From: an uncultured Gammaproteobacteria bacterium
Lineage (GTDB): Bacteria > Pseudomonadota > Gammaproteobacteria > CAWUKA01
Length of the DNA: 54,925 nucleotides
Assembly: GCA_963922965.1 (NCBI GenBank)
Contig: CAWUKA010000002.1
Coordinates: 1 to 54,925 of the forward strand
Direction: 5' to 3'
Shown: positions 37,181 to 46,252 of the stretch, piece after piece
Layout of the letters: each line of letters opens with the position of its first letter
How positions within the stretch are numbered: position 1 is the first letter of the stretch
Notes under the pieces: generated by a model
Seen by the model: the letters and a program-made list of their open reading frames with translations, nothing else
The model's database searches: none
What the model was told of the DNA's origin: nothing
Position numbers and translations under genes: made by a program

Positions 37181-39553
37181 ATGAAAAAAAAACAAACAAA
37201 CCTGACTCATTTACTTAGAGCATCCCTCAAAACTCTGCTAATTGGTTCGATACTTACTTTTATTGGGCTCGTTATTTACAGCAAATTAGTTTTACCAGAT
37301 GTAAGTATCTTGAATGATTATCAGCTGCAGGTACCTCTAAAAATCTACTCAGCCGACGCAGAGCTCATCGCAGAATACGGTGAAAAAAAGCGGGAACCAG
37401 TCGCGCTAAATGAAATCCCTGAGCACATGATCAAAGCGATTGTCGCGACTGAAGACGCCAGATTTTATAATCATGCTGGAGTTGACCCAATCGGCTTGAC
37501 TCGAGCTATACTGCAGTTAGTTGCAAGTGGCGAAAAAAGCCAAGGCGGCAGCACCATCACTATGCAGGTGGCGCGTAATTTTTTTCTGACACGGAAAAAA
37601 ACCTATACGAGAAAAATCAACGAAATATTACTCGCCTTTAAAATCGACGCCGAACTATCGAAAGATAAAATCCTTGAGCTCTACCTAAACAAAATATACT
37701 TTGGCCATCGTGCGTACGGTATCGCAGCAGCTGCTAAAGTATATTACGGCAAAAAGCTCGGCGAGCTGACGTTAGAGCAAATGGCAATGCTTGCTGGACT
37801 ACCCAAAGCACCATCTACGCTTAACCCAGTCACAAACCCAGAAGGCGCACTGCAACGGCGCAACCATGTTTTAGAACGCATGTATGAATTAGAATTTATA
37901 GATGAGGCTGCTTACCAACAAGCAATTCGCAGCGAAATCACTGCCGATTTACACCATGCAAGCATTGGCTTGAATGCACCTTACGTTGCAGAAATGGTCC
38001 GCAGTGAATTATACAATCAGTATGGACCTGACATTTATACCAGTGGTTTCAATGTATTTACAACCATCAGCAAAAAGCGTCAACTAGCAGCTGAACAAGC
38101 ATTACATCAAGGCTTGGTTCGATACGACCGTCGCCACGGCTATCGTGGCCCAGTAGAAAAAATTGACTTAACCAAGATAAACAAACTTGAAGATCAACTC
38201 GCTGAATTAGAAAAAATTACTCAGCGCCGTGAGCTCAAACCTGGGCTTATCGTCACTGTAGAAAATAAACGCTTTTTTGCTTTGCTAAAACAAGGCGATA
38301 CAGTTGAAATTAGCTGGAACAATATGCAATGGGCTCGCAAAGCATTACCCGAAGGTTGGATTGGACCAGAGTTAAAGTCAGCGTATGAAATCGTTAGCCC
38401 TGGTGATATAGTCTATCTTACACAAGACAAAACAGATCATTGGCACCTTGCTCAAGAACCTGAAATCGAAGGTTCACTTATTGCAATGAACCCAACTGAC
38501 GGCGCACTAGAAGCAGTGGTCGGTGGCTATGATTTTAACCGCAGTCATTTTAATCGAGCGATACAGGCGCAACGTCAACCAGGCTCATGCATAAAACCAT
38601 TTATTTACGCAGCAGCACTGGCTGAAGGCTATAGTCTTGCTAGCATTATCAATGATTCACCCGTTGTAGTCTCAAACTATGATGGAGAAGATTTATGGCG
38701 ACCACAGAATCACAATAAACGATTTTATGGTCCAACTCGACTGCGTGAAGGATTAATCCAATCACGCAATCTTGTTTCTATACGATTACTTGAAAATTTA
38801 AATATTGACGATACTATTGCTTATCTAACTAACTTTGGATTTGATGAAAAGAATTTACCACGCACACTTTCACTTGCACTAGGCACTAATACTGTAACCC
38901 CACTTAATCTCAACACCAGCTATGCCAGTTTAGCCAACGGTGGCAAGCGGGTCTCGCCTTATATTATTGCTAAAATCACAGACGACGATAGCAACACAAT
39001 ATATAGCGCATCACCAGCGATCGCTTGTGATGACTGTGAAGCTGAAAATCCTAATAAGCCGATACAGATCGCACCGCAGATTATTGCCCCACAAATTGCT
39101 TACCTCATCAATAGTGTGCTGCAAGATGTCATTCAACACGGTACTGGTCGCGCAGCAAAGGTGCTAGCACGCAATGACCTTGCTGGCAAAACTGGCAGCA
39201 CTAATGATCTACTTGATGCTTGGTTTGCAGGCTATAACCCGGATCTGGTTGCTACTGTCTGGATTGGGTACGATAAGCCACGCAGCATTCGTGAGTACGG
39301 TGCCGGTGCTGCCTTACCAGTATGGATTGACTTTATGCGCACAGCATTACACGGTAGGCCAATGCATCAACTCCAACAACCACCTGGCTTAGTAAGTATG
39401 CGGATTGACCCAGCGACGGGACTTGCTGCCAAACCAGGTCAAACTGATGCAATCTTTGAAACTTTTATCCAAGAACAAGCTCCCAAACAAGCGGCAGGGA
39501 ATAGCTATTCTGGATATAGCAATAATAATAGCCAGCACGAATCGCTGTTCTAA
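37181..39553 (+). CDS. mrcA: Penicillin-binding protein 1A (bifunctional transglycosylase/transpeptidase)
   Basis: GT51 motifs (EDARFYNHAGVD, GGSTITMQ) and transpeptidase motifs (SCIKP = SxxK, SRN, KTGS/T) are present, at 790 aa. Confidence 0.95.
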   Translation: MKKKQTNLTHLLRASLKTLLIGSILTFIGLVIYSKLVLPDVSILNDYQLQVPLKIYSADAELIAEYGEKKREPVALNEIPEHMIKAIVATEDARFYNHAGVDPIGLTRAILQLVASGEKSQGGSTITMQVARNFFLTRKKTYTRKINEILLAFKIDAELSKDKILELYLNKIYFGHRAYGIAAAAKVYYGKKLGELTLEQMAMLAGLPKAPSTLNPVTNPEGALQRRNHVLERMYELEFIDEAAYQQAIRSEITADLHHASIGLNAPYVAEMVRSELYNQYGPDIYTSGFNVFTTISKKRQLAAEQALHQGLVRYDRRHGYRGPVEKIDLTKINKLEDQLAELEKITQRRELKPGLIVTVENKRFFALLKQGDTVEISWNNMQWARKALPEGWIGPELKSAYEIVSPGDIVYLTQDKTDHWHLAQEPEIEGSLIAMNPTDGALEAVVGGYDFNRSHFNRAIQAQRQPGSCIKPFIYAAALAEGYSLASIINDSPVVVSNYDGEDLWRPQNHNKRFYGPTRLREGLIQSRNLVSIRLLENLNIDDTIAYLTNFGFDEKNLPRTLSLALGTNTVTPLNLNTSYASLANGGKRVSPYIIAKITDDDSNTIYSASPAIACDDCEAENPNKPIQIAPQIIAPQIAYLINSVLQDVIQHGTGRAAKVLARNDLAGKTGSTNDLLDAWFAGYNPDLVATVWIGYDKPRSIREYGAGAALPVWIDFMRTALHGRPMHQLQQPPGLVSMRIDPATGLAAKPGQTDAIFETFIQEQAPKQAAGNSYSGYSNNNSQHESLF

Positions 39554-39827
39554 AAACACATAGCCATCAGACATTAAAGTAAAATCTATGATGTTAGGTC
39601 AGAATTTTTTCTACTTCGAAGCATCATAATCGGAGCAGTCATATATACTTAAGGCTAGATCCCAGCTTAAAGCACCCCTGCTGCAAAGCAGCAGCCTCAG
39701 TTTGTTAGCAAGGCAACCTATTGGCTACAACCATGGCCGAATAATTTTGAGACAAGGCTGGTAGCCAAAGCAAACAAAGAGTGGCATAGCATAAGTTCAT
39801 AAGCAGACAACAAGACGGACTGCTCCA

Positions 39828-41582
39828 GTGACAAGCAAAGATAAAAATCAACTCAATCTACTCGTCATCGAGGATAATCCTGCGGATGCAAGACTTATTG
39901 AACTAAGTTTGGCAGAATCAAAAAAAACTGTTTTCAATATTCAGCACATTAGAACGCTCGCCGAATTTTCTGGGTCAGCATTGGATACTAAATTTGATCT
40001 GATGCTGCTCGATCTCACACTACCCGATGCTACTGGCTTAGCGACCGTTGAAATAGCAAAAGAGTATGCACCGAATTTACCTTTTGTGGTAATGTCTGGC
40101 CTGGATCACGAAGAGCTATCGATCAAATCACTCCAGCTGGGTGCACAAGATTATGTTATCAAAAGTGAGCTCAATGCACGCTCATTACCAAGACTACTAA
40201 TCTATGCTCTCGAGCGTCACCGACTAAGAGAAAAACTAGATAAACTAAGCAGACAACAAAAATATCTAGCCACCCATGATGTACTTACCGGACTACCAAA
40301 TCGAAAATTACTCTATGATCGATTAAAACAAGTCATTGCGACTTCAGAACGAGAAGGCTATCGCTTTGCCTTACTATTTATGGATATTGATGACTTTAAA
40401 AAAGTAAATGACACACTAGGCCATAGCGAAGGTGACCTGTTACTAAAAACTGTGGCTGAAAAAATATCGATGAATGTACGCAGCGTCGATACCATTGCAC
40501 GCATAGGTGGTGATGAATTTGTTATTATCCTTACTAAAATCCCTAGTCCTAAAATTGTTGGACGAATAGCAAAAACCCTACTAAACACAATATGTAGCTC
40601 CATCGCATTAAAAACCCAAGAAATTTTTGTCAGCATTAGTATTGGCATCGCTATCTATCCTGATGATGGCTTTGATGTAGAAAACTTATTAAAAAATGCT
40701 GATGCAGCGATGTATAGCGCGAAGGACAGTGGCAAAAATTCTTTTTGCTTTTATACCAAATCACTAAATGAATCGGCACACAAGCAATTACAAATGGCAA
40801 GTGACTTAAATAAAGCCCTAGAAAATGATGAGCTATTTTTACAGTTTCAACCACAGGTTGATACACAAAAGAAAAGATTGTTAGGCTTTGAGGCACTTGT
40901 ACGCTGGCAGCATCCAGAGCATGGCCTTATTCCACCAAACGAGTTTATCCCTCTTGCCGAAGAAACAGGACTCATTATTCCACTCGGCGAATCAATTATG
41001 CGGCTAGCATGCCAACAACACGATGCTTGGCATGACATACTAGGGTATCCATTTCGTATGGCAGTCAATCTCTCAGCGCGTCAGTTTGAGCAAGCGAACT
41101 TCGTCGAGATGATGATCAGCATTACCAATGGTAGCAAAGTGTATCCTGACAACATTGATCTCGAGCTTACCGAAAGCATCATTATGCGCGAGCCTGAACA
41201 AACCATCGCTAAGCTTAACCAGCTCAAACAGCATGGTTTTCATCTATCTATTGATGACTTCGGCACTGGCTATTCATCATTAAGCTACCTAAAACAATTA
41301 CCGATTGACACGTTAAAAATCGATCGCTCTTTTGTCAATGACGTGGTTATCAATATAGAGGATGCTAGTATTATCAAAACGATTATTGCATTAGCAAAAA
41401 ACTTAAATATCAACACAATTGCTGAAGGTGTTGAAACAACTGAGCAGCAGAATTTTCTTATTGAGGAGGGCTGTCACTACATGCAAGGATATCTATTCAG
41501 CAAACCTTTATCAAACATAGAATGCATAGAATTACTGTTAGTTTGTCAACAACAAGGGTTACAGCTAGGCCCACTAGCTTAG
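39828..41582 (+). CDS. Response regulator with REC, GGDEF and EAL domains
   Basis: The receiver domain is LLVIEDNPADARL..LMLLDLTLPD. The GGDEF motif is intact (RIGGDEFVI). The EAL motifs are intact (FEALVRWQHP, DDFGTGYSSL). The start is GTG. Confidence 0.92.
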   Translation: MTSKDKNQLNLLVIEDNPADARLIELSLAESKKTVFNIQHIRTLAEFSGSALDTKFDLMLLDLTLPDATGLATVEIAKEYAPNLPFVVMSGLDHEELSIKSLQLGAQDYVIKSELNARSLPRLLIYALERHRLREKLDKLSRQQKYLATHDVLTGLPNRKLLYDRLKQVIATSEREGYRFALLFMDIDDFKKVNDTLGHSEGDLLLKTVAEKISMNVRSVDTIARIGGDEFVIILTKIPSPKIVGRIAKTLLNTICSSIALKTQEIFVSISIGIAIYPDDGFDVENLLKNADAAMYSAKDSGKNSFCFYTKSLNESAHKQLQMASDLNKALENDELFLQFQPQVDTQKKRLLGFEALVRWQHPEHGLIPPNEFIPLAEETGLIIPLGESIMRLACQQHDAWHDILGYPFRMAVNLSARQFEQANFVEMMISITNGSKVYPDNIDLELTESIIMREPEQTIAKLNQLKQHGFHLSIDDFGTGYSSLSYLKQLPIDTLKIDRSFVNDVVINIEDASIIKTIIALAKNLNINTIAEGVETTEQQNFLIEEGCHYMQGYLFSKPLSNIECIELLLVCQQQGLQLGPLA

Positions 41583-42446
41583 TAAGCTTAAATTATAGTG
41601 AGCAACTAATCCTAACCAGATTGATAATCCAACCCAGTTGCTAGTCAAAAATGCTCTAAAGCAACACTGACGCTGACGTTCTTTAATCAGATAAATTTGA
41701 TAAAACAGCAATACTACTGCAAGCCAAAAAAAACCATAAAACGCAACACTCAGCCTCAACTCGATCGCTAACTGCAAAACGAATAAAGCAAATAACAACT
41801 GGAGCAATGAAATAATCAGCACGTCAAAGCGACCGAATAAAATAGCAGTCGACTTAAGCTTAAGCTTTATATCATCGTCTCGATCAACCATTGCATACAT
41901 TGTGTCATACGCCACTGGCCATATCACAGCAGCTGCGAAGAGCAACCAAGCCTGTTTTGGAATCATTGCTTGGGTTGCGGTAAAAGCCATTGGAACACTC
42001 CAAGCAAAAGCGAAACCGAGTACTAACTGCGGGATAGGTAGGAACCGCTTTACAAATGGGTAAATAACAACAAGTATTATTGCCGGGAATGATAAGTAGA
42101 TAGTTAGGCGATTGAGCTGCAATACCAATAGCAAAGCCAACAAACTCAAGCCAACAAACAAAATCAACGCCTCCTTGCTTGTAATGTGACCCATAGCAAT
42201 TGGTCTAGACTGGGTCCGCTGTACATAACCATCGAAATCTCGATCAGCAAAATCGTTAATCGCGCAACCAGCACAGCGCATAAGGATCACGCCAGCAACG
42301 AAAATAGTTAATATTTTTAAATCTGGCCAACCCTGTGCTGCAATCCATAATGACCATAGGCTTGGCCACAATAGCAGTAGTATGCCGATTGGCTTATCTA
42401 AGCGCAGCAAAGAGTAATAGTAGGGTAGACGACTCGTAACAACCAA
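41574..42446 (-). CDS. ubiA: 4-hydroxybenzoate polyprenyltransferase
   Basis: It has the LRLDKPIG start, NDFADRDFD and a second D-rich motif (DTMYAMVDRDDD), with about 8 TM segments. Confidence 0.93.
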   Translation of the reverse strand: MVVTSRLPYYYSLLRLDKPIGILLLLWPSLWSLWIAAQGWPDLKILTIFVAGVILMRCAGCAINDFADRDFDGYVQRTQSRPIAMGHITSKEALILFVGLSLLALLLVLQLNRLTIYLSFPAIILVVIYPFVKRFLPIPQLVLGFAFAWSVPMAFTATQAMIPKQAWLLFAAAVIWPVAYDTMYAMVDRDDDIKLKLKSTAILFGRFDVLIISLLQLLFALFVLQLAIELRLSVAFYGFFWLAVVLLFYQIYLIKERQRQCCFRAFLTSNWVGLSIWLGLVAHYNLSLLS

Positions 42447-42683
42447 AATATCTCCTAATAATTAAAAAATTTTAATCACATTAATAGCATAGGTGTCAAA
42501 CTAGGTATAAATTCGTACATTTAAGCAGTAGCCTATATGCTGGTAAAGCTTGCGAGCCCCATCACAACTCAAATAGATCAAGCTGCACAATCCTTGTATA
42601 ACCCGAATGCTGACAAAATCAGTGCGTTTTAGTCTCAACTCCAGTACAATTACGCTTTTGTATTATCGTTGAGAAAGTATACC

Positions 42684-42851
42684 ATGCAAAAATGGCAATG
42701 CGTATTATGTGGCTATATCTATGATGAAGAGAAAGGCGCACCTGAGGACGGCATCGCCCCTGGCACTCGCTGGCAAGATGTAGCCGATGATTGGCTCTGC
42801 CCTGACTGCGGCGCCGGTAAAGACGACTTTGAAATGATACCAATAGGCTAG
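42684..42851 (+). CDS. rubA: Rubredoxin (start trimmed to the ATG at 42684)
   Basis: The 55-aa ORF has the motifs [12 protein letters not shown] and WLCPDCG, giving two CxxC pairs. Confidence 0.93.
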   Translation: MQKWQCVLCGYIYDEEKGAPEDGIAPGTRWQDVADDWLCPDCGAGKDDFEMIPIG

Positions 42852-42856
42852 TAATT

Positions 42857-44005
42857 ATGACTGACCCCATTATTATCGTCGGATCTGGCTTGGCAGGTTA
42901 CACGACGGCGAGAGAATTTAGAAAACATAATAAAGAAGCCTCGCTGATCATCATCACTGCTGATGCTGGCGACTATTATTCTAAACCACAATTATCAACA
43001 GCACTTTCAGCGCACAAAACAGCGGCCGAATTAGTTATTGCAAATGCAACAAAGATGGCGACGCAACTTAATGCTACCATCGTGCCAAATACACTGGTTG
43101 ATAGCATTGATACTCAAAATCGAACTATAAAAACACTTTCTAATAGTTATAGCTACTCTAAGTTAGTCCTAGCTATCGGTGCTGAACCAGTCACACCGAA
43201 GTTTGAGCAAATCGATCAGCTCACCACAGTTAATGATATTTACGATTACCAATTATTCCGCACCAAGCTAGAAGACTGCACCTCAGTTAGCATTATTGGT
43301 GCCGGGCTGGTTGGTTGCGAGTTTGCAAATGACTTGGCGACAGGCAAATACCACGTTAATGTCATAGCACCTGATGCACAACCACTTGAAAAGTTACTAC
43401 CAACTGAAATTGCACAGCGCCTAACATCAATCTTAGAAAAACAAGGTGTTAACTGGTACCTAAAGCAAACTATCAAATCAATAGAACAACAAAATCACTA
43501 TGTTATTCATTTAGAAGATAACATTTCAATTAAAACTGACTTGATTTTAGCCGCAACAAGCATTCGCTCACGCACAAAACTAGCCGAGTCAGCAGGAATC
43601 AAAGTCAGCGCATCCGGCATTGTTGCCGATCAATATTTACAAACTTCGGTAGCTGACGTTTATGCGATTGGAGACTGCGTCGAGATTAATGGTCAGTCGT
43701 TAAAATACGTTGCGCCACTCAACCACTCAGCAAAAGCACTGGGCAAAACACTCAATGATCAAGCGTCAGCGGTTGAGTTCCCAATCATGCCTATCATTAT
43801 CAAAACACCATCGTTCCCACTCAGCGTCTACCTACCCCCAGCAGGCATGAAAGGACAGTGGAAATACGAGAAAAACACTAAGCAAATGAAAGCACTCTTT
43901 TACAATGAAGACAATATTTTACTTGGCTTTGTACTTGGCAACTGCCCACCCAAAGATCGACTAGCATTAACCGAAGCCCTGCCACGCGAACTTCTTCTCA
44001 GCTAG
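42857..44005 (+). CDS. rubB: NAD(P)H-dependent rubredoxin reductase (FAD pyridine-nucleotide disulfide oxidoreductase family)
   Basis: There are two Rossmann motifs (IIIVGSGLAGY, VSIIGAGLVGCE) and the sequence YAIGDC. It lies immediately downstream of rubredoxin. Confidence 0.85.
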   Translation: MTDPIIIVGSGLAGYTTAREFRKHNKEASLIIITADAGDYYSKPQLSTALSAHKTAAELVIANATKMATQLNATIVPNTLVDSIDTQNRTIKTLSNSYSYSKLVLAIGAEPVTPKFEQIDQLTTVNDIYDYQLFRTKLEDCTSVSIIGAGLVGCEFANDLATGKYHVNVIAPDAQPLEKLLPTEIAQRLTSILEKQGVNWYLKQTIKSIEQQNHYVIHLEDNISIKTDLILAATSIRSRTKLAESAGIKVSASGIVADQYLQTSVADVYAIGDCVEINGQSLKYVAPLNHSAKALGKTLNDQASAVEFPIMPIIIKTPSFPLSVYLPPAGMKGQWKYEKNTKQMKALFYNEDNILLGFVLGNCPPKDRLALTEALPRELLLS

Positions 44006-45189
44006 ATAAGCACACTGCGAATAATCATGATAGCCTCGTCAATTTGTTCGCGAGTGATAATCAATGGTGGAGCAATTCGAACAACAGTCTCATGAGTCTC
44101 TTTACTTAACAAACCTTTTGCCATTAGTGCCAAACAAACATCCCTGGCCGCCCGTACCTTTTTATCAATCTCAATACCAAGCAATAAGCCTTTACCGCGA
44201 ATATCAGTTACATAAGTACAATCGGTTAATTGCAACTGCTGTAAAAAGTATTCACCCAACTCATTGGCACGCTGGGTCAAACCTTCATCTTCTATGACTT
44301 GTAACGCTTCTCTAGCTACTGCAGCTGCTAATGGATTGCCACCAAAGGTACTGCCATGATCACCAGGGGTAAATACATCCATCAGTGTTTGATTAGTAAG
44401 AAACATTGAGACAGGCAATAAACCCCCACCTAGTGCTTTTCCTAGAATCAAACCGTCAGGCTGTATCGACTCATGCTCACAAGCAATGAAAGCGCCGGTG
44501 CGCCCCAGCCCAGTTTGAATTTCATCTACAATTAACAATACATTATGGTGATCGCAAATCTCTCGACAGCGGCGTAAATAACCAGGCTGAGGAATAATAA
44601 TACCACCCTCACCTTGAATCGGCTCGAGCAATACAGCAGCTGTATTATTAGTCATTGCATTCGCTAGCGCCTGACTATCATCATACGGCACATGGACGAA
44701 GCCTGGTGGAAATGGTCCAAAGCCTTGTTTGTATTGAGCCTCACTAGACATACCAACAATAGTAATAGTACGGCCGTGAAAATTACCATCACAAACAATG
44801 ATTTCAGCTTTATCTTGCACAACACCCTTTCGCGTATAAGCCCATTTACGTGCCGCTTTTAACGCAGTCTCCACTGCTTCTGTCCCAGTATTCATTGGCA
44901 ACGCTTTATCAAAACCGGTCATATGACACAACTTCTCTAACAACAGTGCCAACTGGTCAGAATAATAAGCACGAGATACCACTGCCAAGCGGCTCGCTTG
45001 CTCAGTTAAAGTCTTCACTAGACGTGGGTGACAGTGGCCATGACTCACAGCAGAATACGCACTCATCGCATCAAGGTAACGATTACCCTCGATATCCCAA
45101 ACGTGAACACCTACTCCCCGACTAAGCACAACCGGCAAAGGAGAATAATTTGCTGCACCAAACTGCTGCTCTAACGCCATAATATCCAT
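44002..45189 (-). CDS. rocD: Ornithine aminotransferase (ornithine--oxo-acid transaminase)
   Basis: It is a class III aminotransferase. SAYSAVSHGHCHP resembles the OAT-type S.VNQGHCHP motif. DEIQTGLGRTG is present and K lies in GKALGGG. It is paired with arginase. Confidence 0.85.
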   Translation of the reverse strand: MDIMALEQQFGAANYSPLPVVLSRGVGVHVWDIEGNRYLDAMSAYSAVSHGHCHPRLVKTLTEQASRLAVVSRAYYSDQLALLLEKLCHMTGFDKALPMNTGTEAVETALKAARKWAYTRKGVVQDKAEIIVCDGNFHGRTITIVGMSSEAQYKQGFGPFPPGFVHVPYDDSQALANAMTNNTAAVLLEPIQGEGGIIIPQPGYLRRCREICDHHNVLLIVDEIQTGLGRTGAFIACEHESIQPDGLILGKALGGGLLPVSMFLTNQTLMDVFTPGDHGSTFGGNPLAAAVAREALQVIEDEGLTQRANELGEYFLQQLQLTDCTYVTDIRGKGLLLGIEIDKKVRAARDVCLALMAKGLLSKETHETVVRIAPPLIITREQIDEAIMIIRSVLI

Positions 45190-45203
45190 ATCGCCAACTC
45201 CTA

Positions 45204-46076
45204 CTACATGGTAGATTGAATCAAATTAAAAATAGCTTGCTCTGTTTTATTATCTTCATCCTGATCTGGATTAAACTCAGCAATTTCTAAACCAAGCATA
45301 CAAGGATCATTTTTAAAAACGGTTAAACTTTGACATAGCTGTTGCAAACGCAAACCATCTTGTACCGGAGATCCGACACCAGGTGCATCAATTGGATCTA
45401 GCGCATCTAAATCAATCGTCACACCATAACCAGCAGTGGCTTGATTGACAATCGCATGTGCCTCCTGCATCACAATAGCTAAACCACGCTGCTGGATTTC
45501 TTCCATGTAATAAATTCTAACGTTTAGATCCTGCAAACGTTGCTGTTCCTCAGGCTCATAGCTTCTGATTCCAATTAAAACCACATGCTCAGGCTGTAAC
45601 TTGGAATGCTGAGATAGCATTTCAGTAAAACAAGTTTCACCAAAACCTAACAAGGCTGCTAATGGCATGCCATGAATGGCTTGGCTATGGCTAGTGCCGG
45701 GGGTATGACTATCCATATGCGCATCAATCCAAACCAAACCTAATTGGCTAGTGTCATGTAGTGCTGCCGATACACCGCTCCAGGTACCAATTGCTGACGA
45801 ATGATCGCCGCCAAGGACGATAAATTTTTGATTATTCAACACCAAATGATGGGTTACATTAGCTAAACGCTGGCAACAATCGATTATTGCTGCTTTTGGC
45901 GCTAAGGCTTGATCTGGATTAATCATGGTGTGGAATTGTTGTGGTAGCCTATTGATCACCTGCTTGGCAAGCTGAATTGACTGCTCTATCGCATGAGGAC
46001 CTTGGCCACATGCAATATCTTGCGCACCTAGGCCATTCGCGTAACCAACTAGTTCAATTATATTGCTATTCTGCAT
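45204..46076 (-). CDS. rocF: Arginase (start trimmed to the ATG at 46076, preceded by AAGGAGG)
   Basis: Ureohydrolase motifs are present (LGGDHSSAIG, WIDAHMDSHTP, IDLDALDP). HGMPLAALLG is typical of arginases rather than agmatinases. Confidence 0.82.
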   Translation of the reverse strand: MQNSNIIELVGYANGLGAQDIACGQGPHAIEQSIQLAKQVINRLPQQFHTMINPDQALAPKAAIIDCCQRLANVTHHLVLNNQKFIVLGGDHSSAIGTWSGVSAALHDTSQLGLVWIDAHMDSHTPGTSHSQAIHGMPLAALLGFGETCFTEMLSQHSKLQPEHVVLIGIRSYEPEEQQRLQDLNVRIYYMEEIQQRGLAIVMQEAHAIVNQATAGYGVTIDLDALDPIDAPGVGSPVQDGLRLQQLCQSLTVFKNDPCMLGLEIAEFNPDQDEDNKTEQAIFNLIQSTM

Positions 46077-46252
46077 AACACCTCCTTGTGTTAATTTTTT
46101 CATGCCCCTCAGAAGACTAGAACCTCTGTTTCTCCGTGAGAAAGCGATGTTCTCAAACACTCAACGAAGGGAGCTATTTTCATGCAGAGCTGTTATTATA
46201 GCTGAGTTATCAGCTTTTTCATTTTAATTAATAGATCGGACCAAAGACAACC

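Noticed and set aside
42619-42870. An 83-aa minus-strand ORF.
   Set aside because: It is antisense to the rubredoxin gene, which has both CxxC pairs intact.
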